DNA of 61,422 bases, counting the filler, from Choristocarpus tenellus KU-1152 (lineage: Eukaryota; Protista; Phaeophyceae), in the NCBI GenBank assembly GCA_964200185.2. It is 6 parts of 6 records of this genome, joined end to end, with 100 filler letters (N's around TTAATTAATTAA, not from the genome) between each part and the next. Parts side by side here need not be neighbours in the genome. Positions count along the whole stretch, not along the records: positions 36,086 to 58,442 come from CAXNAD020000286.1; positions 58,543 to 61,422 come from CAXNAD020023973.1; 4 more parts are not named here. The stretch is one strand, 5' to 3'. Below the pieces are notes generated by a model that did not search any database, had not been told where the DNA came from, and saw only the letters and a program-made list of their open reading frames with translations. The translations under genes and the position numbers were made by a program. Numbering within the stretch: position 1 is the first letter of the stretch; each line of letters opens with the position of its first letter. Positions 49,728 to 61,422 of this stretch are shown one piece after another.

Positions 49728-52275
49728 GTGAGGATGTGTTTAATTTTGGGGTATGATCTTATTTCTGTGACCGTATTGGAGTAGTGTTTGCTCTATTTTG
49801 GACCTGTGAACTTTGTGTTGTTGAAGTGCATCTGCTGTTTTTGATTGAAGTACGGGCAGGGTATTGAATTAAGACCGAGTGAGACTGACAGGGTGTGATG
49901 TGTACTGGGTGTGAGGCTGGGAACCTGCGGGTTGGTCCACACTAGCAGTGTGGGTTGCAAATGTGTTGATTCCTGAGTGAAATAATTGACAGCAATTGAT
50001 GAGTTGTCATAGATACACCAAATAGGATAATGTTCCTTTTTTGTTTTTGTTGACAAATTGACACATCTTGACGCGGTCACCAAGTAGGTATTGAGATCTT
50101 TGCTAATTACAAGTGCTGATACAAGCAGAAACCCCACATGAAGTGATCAGAGGAGAATGAGCAAACGTGTGTGTACTAGTATGTATTGGTTTCAAATAGT
50201 AATAGTGTGCTGTGAAATATATAGTATGTAAGGTTAAGTGTTGGTAGTGAGGTGTGACATGGCTCGGCATATCAAGTTGTGGAGAAAGGTTCTAGCATTT
50301 GCTGAGGAGTCCCCAACCTTTGGATATGAGCCAGTGTTTCACTGTGTGGACAACATATCAACATGCTAGTGAGGCCAAGCTAATATATTACTAAGATGTG
50401 TTTAAAATAACGGGCCGTTGTTGGTGATTTCCGATTTGTGTGCCCATGTTTAAACTCTTGCAGTATTTTTTATGATATTCCGAAAGTTGATTCGACTCTT
50501 TCCATTATGCAAGATGTGCTTTAGTCTATAGAAGTATCCTGTCCTCTTCAATATGCACACAGTACTTTGCCTAACCTGTGCATCATGCATGCTATCCTTG
50601 GAATTATATACCGATCTATCCCTCAATGCTAAAGTCGAAGTCGCCACGCCCTACCTTGTATACATTCTCTCTGAAAGGTTTTCTGCCCTTGACAAGGCAG
50701 ACGTTGGGATCGACATTTTGTGAGGTGGTCAGCAATAGATCAATACATCTGCGACAACATGACATTGCCTGGAGGATGAAAAATAACACATGTCACTCCT
50801 AGTGAAGGGACAACACTGAAGAGCACGTAGGTGTTGTGGAAGCATGCATGTATGTACACCATATGCAGGTGTCCCATGTAGGTTGGGGAAATTTTTGCCC
50901 TGAGAGAGAGAGGGACAGTGTATGTGAAAGACAAAAATGGAATTGTGTTGTCCTGGGATGGGGTGACTTGTGGTAGAGAACCTGTTCAGTGAAGGTGGGG
51001 GGATGATCGCAGATTTTTTCTGTTAACGTAGCCATTTCTGTGAGATCATGTGGGGGCGTTGAAATTTATTTAGGAATCAAACGATTTTGTTTTTACTGGT
51101 CTGTGCAGAATTGTGAATTTTGCCTGTGTGTGTTTTGTTACTTTTTGGGATGTTGAAATATAGGATGTGCTCTGATATCATCTCCCATTTCATCGAGAGG
51201 CTGAAATCACATGGAGACTCCTTTAAAGCCTGGTCGATTGCATCAGAGCATCAACGCTTCTGTGAGAACGAAACTAGTGGAGAATTCATCACTGGATTAC
51301 TGGATCACTCTCTTATGAGTTCCAATTTAAGAAACATGGTGTTGTTCTTGCAGTATCATAAGAAGCCTCTTGTGTTGGCAGTGGGAATGTGATGGAACGC
51401 CTGGCAGACAGAAGTCTATCCTGAGGGTTGGAGGGTAGTGCTTACACATTGACAGACTTGGCAAAGTATCTTATTCGTTAGGTTTGAATTCACTTGAAGC
51501 TCCGTGCATGTGATCTTGATGTCCATGGCGCCCTTGAAGTAGAATGATGCTGGTTACTACATTGAGTATAGAAGATATATAGACATGAAAGATCAGATTC
51601 TAGAGGTGATGCTGCTGCCTTTCAAGATTTAGGACCTCTCTCCTCCAATTCAGTGTCCACATTTCCACAATTACATTACTCACACAAAATTGGGAGGTTC
51701 AATTCATACCCCAGAATGCTGAGATCCTCTTCATATCCTCCCCCAATGAGACAGCATTAGCTGGGAGTCATGATCTTCATTGCTAGCAGCAATAGACCAG
51801 TGTATGTAGTAGTATGTTGAAGTGTTAAGTGAGTTGATGACATTTCAGGATATTGACTAAAGGGGGCCCGGCCCCCCTTGTTGAAAGTAAGGGAGAGCAT
51901 CGCCATTAATCCTTCCAAGTACATCATTCACACATTTTGTTCTACTCCTTGAAAATAGCTTCGACATTTAAGGAAGCAGAATGAAATACAAAGGGGAGAA
52001 GAGTTTGTGTACATTTTTGAAGAAAGACTTGAGAATGTAGTAAAATAGGCTGGCAAACTGACATATATTATGGTGTCGGGAAGGCACTAAACTTTCTCAC
52101 ACTTCACTTGAGACAATCTGTAGAGAATCTTAAAAAGCTTGGCAATCACCTTTTCCTGTGCTTACTTTGGTGGTTCATATATTTACTGAAGAGCTTTGAT
52201 GATATTTGCATCTGCCTGTATCCCTGCTGAAAATAATCCCCTTAACTCCCTTTTGTTTCTTGATCTCAGTGGATG

Positions 52276-55061
52276 CTATTTTCTATCAGACTGGATCACC
52301 TCATCGGTGTAAATATCGTCAATAGTCAGCCTTCCAAACCTTCCCTCTTGAAAGGCTTGCAGTAGATACCTGGGCAGGTCATGGTGTTGTCTTTGTTAAC
52401 AGAAGCCCAGAGTAGTTGAACATCTGGGACATTCTACTTTTTTTTTCGAGAATTTGTCACGTAGTAGTTATCTACAAAAGATTAGTAACATGACCTTTCA
52501 TCTCAATTTCTGACCTCCCTCATATCCACATGCATCTGGAATTTTCAGATATGTTTTATTCCACACACACAAGTGCAAGCACGTCTGAAATCTGCACAGG
52601 TGTCCTCGCCCCTCACACTTTCCTCCACAACTACTAGTACTCAACAGTAGCTTGGAGTATCTCTTGTGACGTGTGCAATTCCTAAACTTGACCTCCATAC
52701 TGCAGAGGTAATCACCTTCCTGCTGTAGGGACAACCACCCAGCAAATCACAGACGAAAGATAGGTGATCTACCTGCGCACCCCACACATTCGCACCTGCA
52801 GCAGATCAACCTTGCTTCAGTCTCCGTCTTCCCCAATGCCCCACTCTGCCGCTCCACTGCATATATAAGTTCCTCTGGATCTGTGCACCCCCCAGACTTG
52901 AGCCCGAGTTCCTCCGCATACTTTCTTTGTAGTCCATGTCTATTGAGGTGCTGGAGCATAACGTTCACAATCTCTCCCTGATCTACCACCCCATCTGGAA
53001 CTGCTCTTGTCAGGGCCAGACGGAGCCCAACACTTGGCGAGCTCACCCGGGGCACCATGACCCCCGGAGTGTCCACAACGTAAAGTAATGGCTTCTTCGC
53101 AACGCAGAAGAGGGTATGGTTTCTGGTGACGCCTGGATTTGCACCTACACGAGCCACCTGTGAATGGATTTTCAAGTTCTGTGAGCAAGGTGTAGCACAG
53201 CAGTGAAAATGTCCTCACGATGCTTTCTTAGCATGAGAGCCTGACAATACAAGCAGGGAGTCTTCACTGAGGAAGTTCTTGTAAGTAGGGGGCAAAAGTC
53301 GTGGTATATATTCCTCTTCCTAAAAAAAAAACTTGTCAAAAAAAAATGTGTTGGAAACTCTAAAAATATACAGGGTGAACGCTGGGAGGTTCAATCTAGG
53401 GGGGGGTGGGGTACTCGGCTGGTGTCAACCTATCCCGAGAGACCCTCCCTGCACAGTATTGATGTCAGAGTGTCACAACCTACACTAATATTGTAGCATT
53501 TTGGTAAGATACACAAAGCAAAGAAGTTGCAGATAACTATCACACACAATTCATAAGCACAGCTTACAGTGGGTGCCAGTCTTGGGTCTCTTCCAGCAGT
53601 CAAAATGCGAGGATCTACTCAGGTGTAAGTTAAATCTTTCACTCTAGTGCACATGCCTGCTTCTTGCTTCCCCTGAGTGCCACCCCCCCTGCGCTGGCTC
53701 GAAGAAGGTTGATAATGCTTGATTTTCCGACGTTGGGCATTCCAACCACCATGCCCACCACACCTACGGTTTTGAATTCTCCACGCTTGGCACCGGTTGA
53801 CCTTGCCCACGCCATGAGGCTCTTCACATTACCTTTCCCACTGCTGGTGGTGAATACTGCATCCTTGCCCTTCGAAGGTGGAACAGTGTGGATACATGTT
53901 GTCATTTTGTACTCTTAATTTCATGCGAAAGATCTTGACATACTCATTCAGCGTTTAGAGATTCAGGACTAAAAAATGTAACAGGTCAATGTAAAAGGAA
54001 AATGAAGACCTCTGTTCCAGGATTAGCCATTGGAATTGTCTAGGCCTTCTAATCCCCACCTAGCAAAAAATTCATTGAGTGGGCATGCACAGACTGGTGT
54101 TGGTGTCAGCTTTCTAGTTCTAGAATGAGAAACCCTCCAAGAAAATGTTGTGACGATGAGGGAAAGAAACAAAAAACTCCTTACCTCATCCCTGAGACGT
54201 TCCACGACACGCCTCTCCATGTTAGAATTGGCCAGGTCAGCCTGAGACACAAAGCAGGTTCACATTTATACTTAGGACACAGGACATGGAGAGATGTGTA
54301 GACGGTTTTGTGGCACACGAACGATTTCCTCCAACGTGCTGAAACCCGCCACAGAAAAATAGTCTTACAAAATCGATACCGATAAAGACTTCAAGGTTTA
54401 GCTACTCTGGATCATGGAAGGTAAAGTAAGGGCAAGGAAACACAAAGAGCTGTCATAATGTAAGATTAGCCAGGCGCTCACATCTTAATCGGATGGTATT
54501 GCATGGCATTATAATACTTCATGGTGAGTTGACTCTCCTTCCTTGAGAAAAGCTTCAAATGCATTCATTCCGTACCTTGTTTAGAACCACCAATCGCGCC
54601 TTGCTTGTACCCACCAACCTGTCTAGCTCAGGGTTTGCGGATGAAAAGGGTATTCGGGCATCTCTAACCTCAAAGACCATGTCAACCTGCGGAAGGGGGG
54701 GGCACAGTGTGTTGGCAAAAAGGTAGAATTCCTGCAACATCGAAAATGTTGTTATTAGGGTAGTTGCCAAACTGCTGTTTTGTAACAGTACCTGCTTCAA
54801 ACGCTCCTGGATAATTTTGGTGGCCTTTGCCATATGCCCTGGAAACCAGTTTATTCGAGGTGAATTGGAGGACTCCTCCCATCTCTCACAGACATTGAGA
54901 TTGATGGGATCAACATTGGTTGAGTTTGACATGCGGCGACCAATAAAAGGCATGAAGCAGTTTTCCATTCTCGGTTGCCTGCCACTACAGATTCGACACA
55001 TGAAAGTCCATCCTGGTGATGCAACTTCCATGATGAAGGCCGAGGTTCTTTCATCGTTCAA
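52276..55061 (-). CDS. MTG1: Circularly permuted ribosome-biogenesis GTPase, RbgA/YlqF/MTG1 family (probably organellar)
   Basis: Exons: ~55061-54792 (INWFPGHMAKA), ~54686-54576 (VDMVFEVRDARIPFSSANP...VVLNK), ~54241-54185 (ADL), ~53870-53657 (VGMPNVGKSSIIN), ~53157-52796 (VGANPGVTR...VVDTPGV), 52369-52276 (FQEGRFGRLTIDD*). The G4-G1-G3 order is diagnostic. The start codon is uncertain. Confidence 0.9.
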
Positions 55062-55695
55062 AATACTAACCCAACCTTACTACCTACCACTACTACTATT
55101 GTTGTTCCCTCCATTGCTTACCACTTTCGTATCATACGACTCCGTAGAATATATTTCTGGTACTCTTTGTTGAATATTGAAGTAGTAGTTGTGAGGAGAA
55201 GGGATATGCGATGAAATAAACAGTTAATTGATACAAGGATTTGATATAGTAAACATTAACTATTCCAATATATGTAATGTCAGTTGGGAAAAGGTGAATA
55301 TAAGAAACTACATATTTCTATTGTTGTATTATCGAACATACAAATACGAATATATTATTATTATTAGTTAATATATATTGGGATTGGGAAAGGTGGATAT
55401 TGGTTGAAGAAAGGTTTAACTAATCTAACCTATCCGATGGCCATGATTCGATAGAGCATTTCAAAGTAATTTTATCTAGATATAAATATGTTATTAGTAA
55501 TGAGATGGAGTTAATTTACTGTTAATACAATTCATTCGCCAATCGTCATTCCCAAATTGTGTTGATGGGGGATGGGGAGAAAACCAAGAATCAGGTGAGG
55601 GCAAACCTTTTTTGAGAAGACCTTCAATCTCTCTCCATCTCCAGTACGGAAAAAACAAATTAGGAAGAGGATAAAACTCTGTGTGCGTCTGTTGG

Positions 55696-58442
55696 ATGAC
55701 TTTATCTAGTAGGACCACCCTGAAATCTTCAGAATTGAGACGTAGCCTAGAATCCGATGGAGGACAACTGGTCGATAGTGGTTTGGAAAAGGACGTGCCA
55801 CAAAGCACAGAAGTACACCGTAACCATGAAGTTTCGAACCGGTCATCACGAACGCCCGTCGGACCTCTGCCCGTCATCTCTGGTCGCGCCCCCAAGCATC
55901 GGGAATGCGAATGGCAGGATTGCACTGTCCAACCAAGTTACGCTTATGAGGGAGAGAAGTCTCGTTTTTGCAGGACGCATAAGGTGAGTTTCACTTCCTG
56001 TATGGGCCTTCTGCTCCCGGAATAGTGCTGACTGAGAGTTCGTTAGGTTATTGTCAACTCTGCGTTACGTTGTTCATGATAAGGGACAATGTCCACAAGT
56101 CGCGTCCATTCAAGTGCATTAGGAGTGATTCATGCAAACCCCCTCTTATAGAAAACTTTATTGTATTGTCGTCGTGGTATTTCCCACTGTACGGCCTCGG
56201 CCCCTACTTATCCCTACCTCCACGGAAGTATGTTGCTGTATGAATGCAATCTGTAATCGCCTAAATCCCCCCCCACCAACAAAACATGGCCCCCCCCAAC
56301 AAAAACCCTGGCCAACGTCAAACCAAGCCCCTGCGGGCACCCAAACTGANNNNNNNNAATAATCGCCTAAATCCCCCCCCCCCCAATCAAATATGGTCCT
56401 CCCAGACGAAAACCATGGTCGATGTTCAGCACAGGCGCTGTGGGATGCCAAACTGTACGAAGCAGCCTCATTTTGCTCTCCAGAAGGGAAAGGCAAGGTT
56501 TTGCTCAGCCCATAAAGTGAAAGGCATGGTAAACGTTCAAAACAAACGCTGCGGTGGTCCAGATTGCCAACGGGAGCCCATATACGGGATGCGAGGACAG
56601 AAGGCCAGGTTTTGTGGCTCTCATAAGCTTAAAGGCATGATGAACGTCAAGAGCAGGCGGTGCGAGCATGAGGTAATGCAACGAGCATGTCACGTAGGAC
56701 AAAATCCACCTACAATATTCCATGCCAGAATTTTATTGTGACGCCCTGAAACGCCTGTAGTTTTGTGATGAACAGTCGATTGCTCAACCCTTCCAGTAAC
56801 TGGATTGGAAACAAGAAAGGACTACTAATGGAGAATGTGCAGGGAATTGCTGCGATATCAGTTTCTTCGACCAATGTGATCTTCAATTAGTTTTTGGTTA
56901 CAACTCGTAAGAAACTCTATTGCATGTTGAAAATCGAAGTCGTTGGTTCCTTAACCAAATTTCCAACTCAGTATGCATACGTGCAGATACCACTCCTCTC
57001 ATATTGTAGTATCTTGAATTATGAAAACAGAGCAAGTCACTGCCCTGTAGACTTTTGATCTTGCTAACCTCACTTCTATTGCCTCCATGCCTGCCTGCAA
57101 TCCCTCATTGGCTGGAACACAGCCATGCCTTCGGCACCCCCTTTACGCAATGGAAGGGCAGAGGGCCAGGTTCTGCTCGTTACACAAAAAGGATGGGATG
57201 GTGGATGTTCAGAGTCGCAAGTGTGAGGCAACCTCTTGTAATAGGCGATCTCTGTATGGATGTGCAGGAGAAAAGGCACGCTTCTGCAGTGAGCACAAGG
57301 AGGAGGGTATGGTCATTGTCCAGCGGCGCCGGTGTGAGGCCAAAGATTGTGGACGATACCCTATCTTTGCCCTCCCCATGGAGCACAAAGGTCGCTTTTG
57401 TCATCTACACAAAAGCAAGGAAATGCTAAATGTGCAGGTCAAACGAGGCCCACGAGCAGAGGGTATCAGTGGAATGCAAGCAGACACAAACAACCTTGCT
57501 GCCTCAGTTGTGCAGAGTATTGGACAAGTGCTACCATATGGACAAGCATGGGGTCATGCACCTGTACAGGCAGCAGGACCAGGGAGAAGTACAGGTGAAA
57601 CAACAGGTATAGAGGTTGGTCCAGTAGGTTTGTGTGGGGGAGGCACTGTAGCAGTGGCAGCAGGTGGTGGGGGGAGACCAATTGCTCCAAGGGTGCAGGC
57701 AGGAGTCAGTGGATCAACAATAGGTGGACCAACAGCAGGGTCAGTGATGCAATCAGTGGCGGTATTACGGCCACCACCAGCTGCAGCAACGACACTAGGG
57801 ACAGTGGGATCAGCAATTATGTTGACAGGAGGGGAGGGGATTAGGACAGGGGCTGACTCTGGGACAGGGACAGGGGCTGGAATGGGGGTAGTGGGGCCTG
57901 TTGGCCCATCTCCTGTACAGATCTTGGATCCAGGTGTTGGGATTGGGGGGAGTACAGGGGTTGGAATTGGGGCAGAATCGTCTTTTCCGTACTTTGGCTT
58001 CATTGAGGGTGGGGCAGCCCAAGGAGATATACTTAACAACCCAGCATATGGTGTAGGTTGTGGGATTCCGCACAACTTATTATCTCCTTCCAACCTTGGT
58101 CCAGTACTGCCAATAGTGCCAGCCCCTTTACCACACCATCTTACCACCGTCAGCACTGGCACAGCAACGTTGCCTCCTCAAGGTGTACCACGAGCAGGTA
58201 TTGGGGTAGGAGGCGAGGGATTGGCCTCTCTGTCCAAGTTTCCAAATTTAACATCTATGGGACAGATGCAGGGAGATTCTCAGGTAAGCAGCCTGCCATG
58301 GTCAATACTTGGCAGCCAGGGAATGTTCCCCCTGAATGGGCATGGTGTCGCTGAAGTTGGTGCGAATACCACTGTTCCTGCTTCATCTGGCATGTACTAT
58401 CCCCCCCCACCTACATGGGGTGCGAGTGGAGTGGGCAGGGTG
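55696..58442 (+). CDS. EsV-1-7 cysteine-rich repeat protein (6 repeats) with a long Gly/Pro-rich low-complexity tail; 3' end lost at contig break
   Basis: Exons ~55696-55983, 56406-56672 and 57123-58442. Six repeats of (M-V-[DN]-V-x3-[RK])-C-x4-C-x3-P-x-[YF]-x6-7-R-F-C-x2-H-K, e.g. MVNVQNKRCGGPDCQREPIYGMRGQKARFCGSHK, match the EsV-1-7 consensus. Confidence 0.9.
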
Positions 58443-58542
58443 NNNNNNNNNNNNNNNNNNNNNNNNNNNNNNNNNNNNNNNNNNNNTTAATTAATTAANN
58501 NNNNNNNNNNNNNNNNNNNNNNNNNNNNNNNNNNNNNNNNNN
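58443..58542. other. Artificial contig spacer
   Basis: Same N/TTAATTAATTAA/N structure. Confidence 0.97.
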
Positions 58543-61422
58543 ATGTCTTGACCGAGCCTTTAGCAGAAATATCTTTTTGGAGGCATGTAGGGGCTTTGCT
58601 AAATTTAGACTATGTTTAGTGGTTTGTTTCTTGCTGAATTTGAGTGTTTGGATTTATTTCTTTTGAGTGAGTTCAATAGCTGGTTGTTTTCTTGTCATAC
58701 AGGATTGACCCGAGGAGTCTCCTAGGATCCATATTTGTTTTCTTGTAACTTCTCTAGAGTTGTTTGAGCTAGGGAGGGTGTTCGATTAGACTCTTCCAAC
58801 TCTGTCGGACAGTCACTGTGAACTAAGTACGGAGTAAAGGAACAATCAATTAGTGGTTGAGTTATCAGAGCCTTTTACTAGTGACTAGTTGTATGATAAT
58901 TTTTCTCATATAAAAGGAAATATTGCTGATTTTATGGGGTGTTGCATGCCCCACTTAACTTTAAGCAATCACTCTACAGACACCAAGCAATCTCGGTGGG
59001 TTTATCACCTTTATCCTCTTTGATGATTTTGGAGATACTTCAACACCTTACTTTAGCCCATATGTCATCTTGGCTTCCTCTGCCCTCCTAAAGCACGCTA
59101 CTACTACAGTTCAAACTGCTACATGCTATATAGCACTCAGGAGATTATTATTCCCGATGTTTACTTAATATTACCGTTATTGTTTGCAGTAAGTACTATG
59201 GTACTCTTTTTAATTGATATTTTCACTCCAGGGTTGGACTAACCCAACCCATGTTCGTTGATAATCCTGTTGATGCACTATAGACACCACCAGTGGATTA
59301 GATAATAGGATGGAGAGGCAGTGATTGATAAACCGTATTGACTCACTAGCTTACATTGATTTGTGTCATGTTCAAGATAGGCTTGCTATACTGAAGACAA
59401 GTAAATAAGTGATTCATGTATTGTATGGACCTGATATTGGACTATCAGTTGATGTATCATACATGGCACATATAATACGTATATAGTATTCTTTCCTGAT
59501 TATCCATGTGGACATCGCAAATCCCACAAGGTAGTCTGGACCTGTATCACCCCACAAGTTCAGTCAGTGGAATCAAGACCATAAGCCTCTTGCAACATTA
59601 ATATTGTCTATCTACTACCAAGTCATTTATTGTCCTCTAACAAGGCACACGATCAAGGGTCGAGTGGGGAATATTTCAACACGCTACAAAGCAGACCTAT
59701 CGTTCCTGGCACGTTGTGCTGAGCAACAAGGCCGGTAGTGAGCAGTAATAGTGCACAAGATGTCTGCCAGCAGCCCTACCAAGGTCACGAACGATCTGTG
59801 ATGCAGACTTTTTATTCATGAAGAACTCTGGATCTAGAAATATTGCAAATATAATGCTTTTTATAGAAAAAATTGTTTAAACTTGAATTGTAAGTACTTC
59901 ATATCATTGACTTCCAAAAGTCAACTCATGTCTTTCCTGTTGATATTACTTGCCTTTTATCTACTTTATCCTTAGGCTGCCTTGTGCACAGTGATTGCTT
60001 GTGTGTGATCTCTTTCAGTCAAAAACTTGTACCAAAGTTTGACTTAGAAGGGCATCAAGGGGTTGGTTCTTCTTGGGAACAAGCCCCTTAGTTCATTTCA
60101 AATGGGCCATGGAATTTACTCTCTTCCAAGATTTACCTGAGGTACCTGGTTAGGAATATTCACTGTGCGAAGTGAATACAGAAACTCGATCCAACTTGAT
60201 CTCACTACACTAGTGTTTGCGACATTATTTACAAAATTTATTGATTTTGCTTGATCTCACTACAGTAGTGTTCACTGTATGCACTTGTCCATTCTTCCAC
60301 TTTACACCATTCTAGGTTACCTGTAAAATGCCAACTGGTGATGAAATTGGACCCTCGCCTTTCAAAAACAACCACAAATAACTCCAAATGTTATGATGTT
60401 TAAAATTCCAATAATGAAAAATTACCGGGACCCAGAGAACCTTTCATAAAGTACTTTAAGGCTCAGATTAGATACAACAATGATAATGGGTCAGCTTGAA
60501 ATACAAATTGCTACATGTTGTACCAGTTCCTCCAGCTTAACATCATTCCTACTGAAACCTACCATGAGAGGCCAGAGAACGATTGGGGAGGGTCATAATA
60601 CCCAGTTGACAAGCCTAAGAAGACCTCAAATCAATATTTGCAAAAAAAATCAATCAAGCAGAATCCTGCACAACAAACATGAAAATCCAAAGCTTTTCCC
60701 CCCCCATAAATATCAAACAGTGACAGTGTCAGCAAATGAAATTCACAAAACCAAATCAACAACCACCATCACACACTTGCCAATTATCGAGGGTGTACCT
60801 ATGGCTAAAATTGATGAGATCAGGGACATCGGAATTCATTGTAAATCAACACGAATATAAAGAACAGGAGGGTCAAACTGAAACTTGGCAAACCTTACAT
60901 AACATTGCGCAGGGTATGACGGGGGGGGGGGGGGGGGGTGGTGCGAAGAGGGTTTTTCCAAGATATGCATTCCACAGATATCCTTCAGACAATAGCGTGA
61001 GTTGCCATAAACCACGACTAGGTAATTTCTTTTATCTCAGAAATAAGTTCAGAGATAAGCATATGGCAAAGCCTACCTCTTCAAACTTGTGAAGTACATG
61101 CATGGAGGCTTGCTGTGGCATACCACGACAGAACTGCAGGGAACATGCAAAACCAAGTCCTCTTGAGAGTCACCCCTTGATGTACCCATCCCTACCTTTC
61201 TGGACCTGCAACACATGTTTGGACTGTTTCCCTCCTCTAAACCTGCGAACAATGCCAAGCTCCCAGCACTCCTCCTATCACACATCTAACATGTGAAACA
61301 CACCATCTAACGCCAATCGGGCACCCCCCCCCCCCCCCCCCCCCACCCTCCCACCCCACCCTTTCCTCCCCCTCTCCCTCCCATACACCACACCGGCACA
61401 CACCGTGACCCACCCCTCGGTC

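Noticed and set aside
56254-56460. Apparent duplicated acceptor/exon start (TAATCGCCTAAATCCCCCCC...) on both sides of a short N-run, suggesting an extra or alternative EsV-1-7 exon
   Set aside because: The first copy decays right after a poly-C run and ends in Ns, which is typical of a low-quality read end. It is most likely an assembly artefact.
57554-58162. 202-aa antisense Pro-rich ORF (likewise 35190-35783 and 36992-37609)
   Set aside because: These are shadow ORFs opposite real coding exons.
55696-58442. Endogenous phaeovirus/NCLDV insertion
   Set aside because: No viral core genes are nearby. The EsV-1-7 gene has spliceosomal introns and an ordinary host neighbour.
59640-61140. Isolated candidate exons in the last contig (e.g. 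FCRGMPQQASMHVLHKFEE at ~61135-61077, minus strand)
   Set aside because: Too short to assign or to chain into a supported gene model.
1-61422. CRISPR arrays, tRNA/rRNA genes, prokaryotic operons or defence systems
   Set aside because: None were seen. The repeats are MITEs, microsatellites and two-copy tandem duplications in eukaryotic DNA.

Overview
Eukaryotic, intron-rich nuclear DNA, most likely from a brown alga or a close ochrophyte relative. This rests on three things: an EsV-1-7 repeat gene, an ASAFAP-type bipartite plastid targeting peptide, and a WVDD-type Ty3/Gypsy RT. The window is not one continuous locus. It is six contigs joined by five artificial 100-nt spacers (N-run + TTAATTAATTAA + N-run), so neighbourhoods across spacers carry no meaning. 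The ORF track is mostly noise because the genes are spliced. By joining exons at GT/GC-AG boundaries I reconstructed: a DUF4050 (Gag1-like clamp) protein; the 5' half of IFT56/TTC26; a calcineurin-B-like EF-hand protein; part of an ABC1/UbiB kinase; part of a ZNFX1-like SF1 helicase; a coiled-coil protein; a peptidyl-serine galactosyltransferase (SGT1/HPAT)-like glycosyltransferase; a plastid-targeted CBM53-like + EF-hand protein; an MTG1/RbgA GTPase; and a six-repeat EsV-1-7 protein. Introns hold a set of related Harbinger/Tourist-like MITEs (two main families, about 12 copies, 3-bp TSDs, nesting, one internal empty site), a dead mariner transposase and a dead Gypsy pol. The most unexpected item is the plastid-targeted protein that fuses a starch-synthase-III-type carbohydrate-binding module to EF-hands, in a lineage not known to store starch. 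All protein assignments come from motif recognition by eye, not from database searches.
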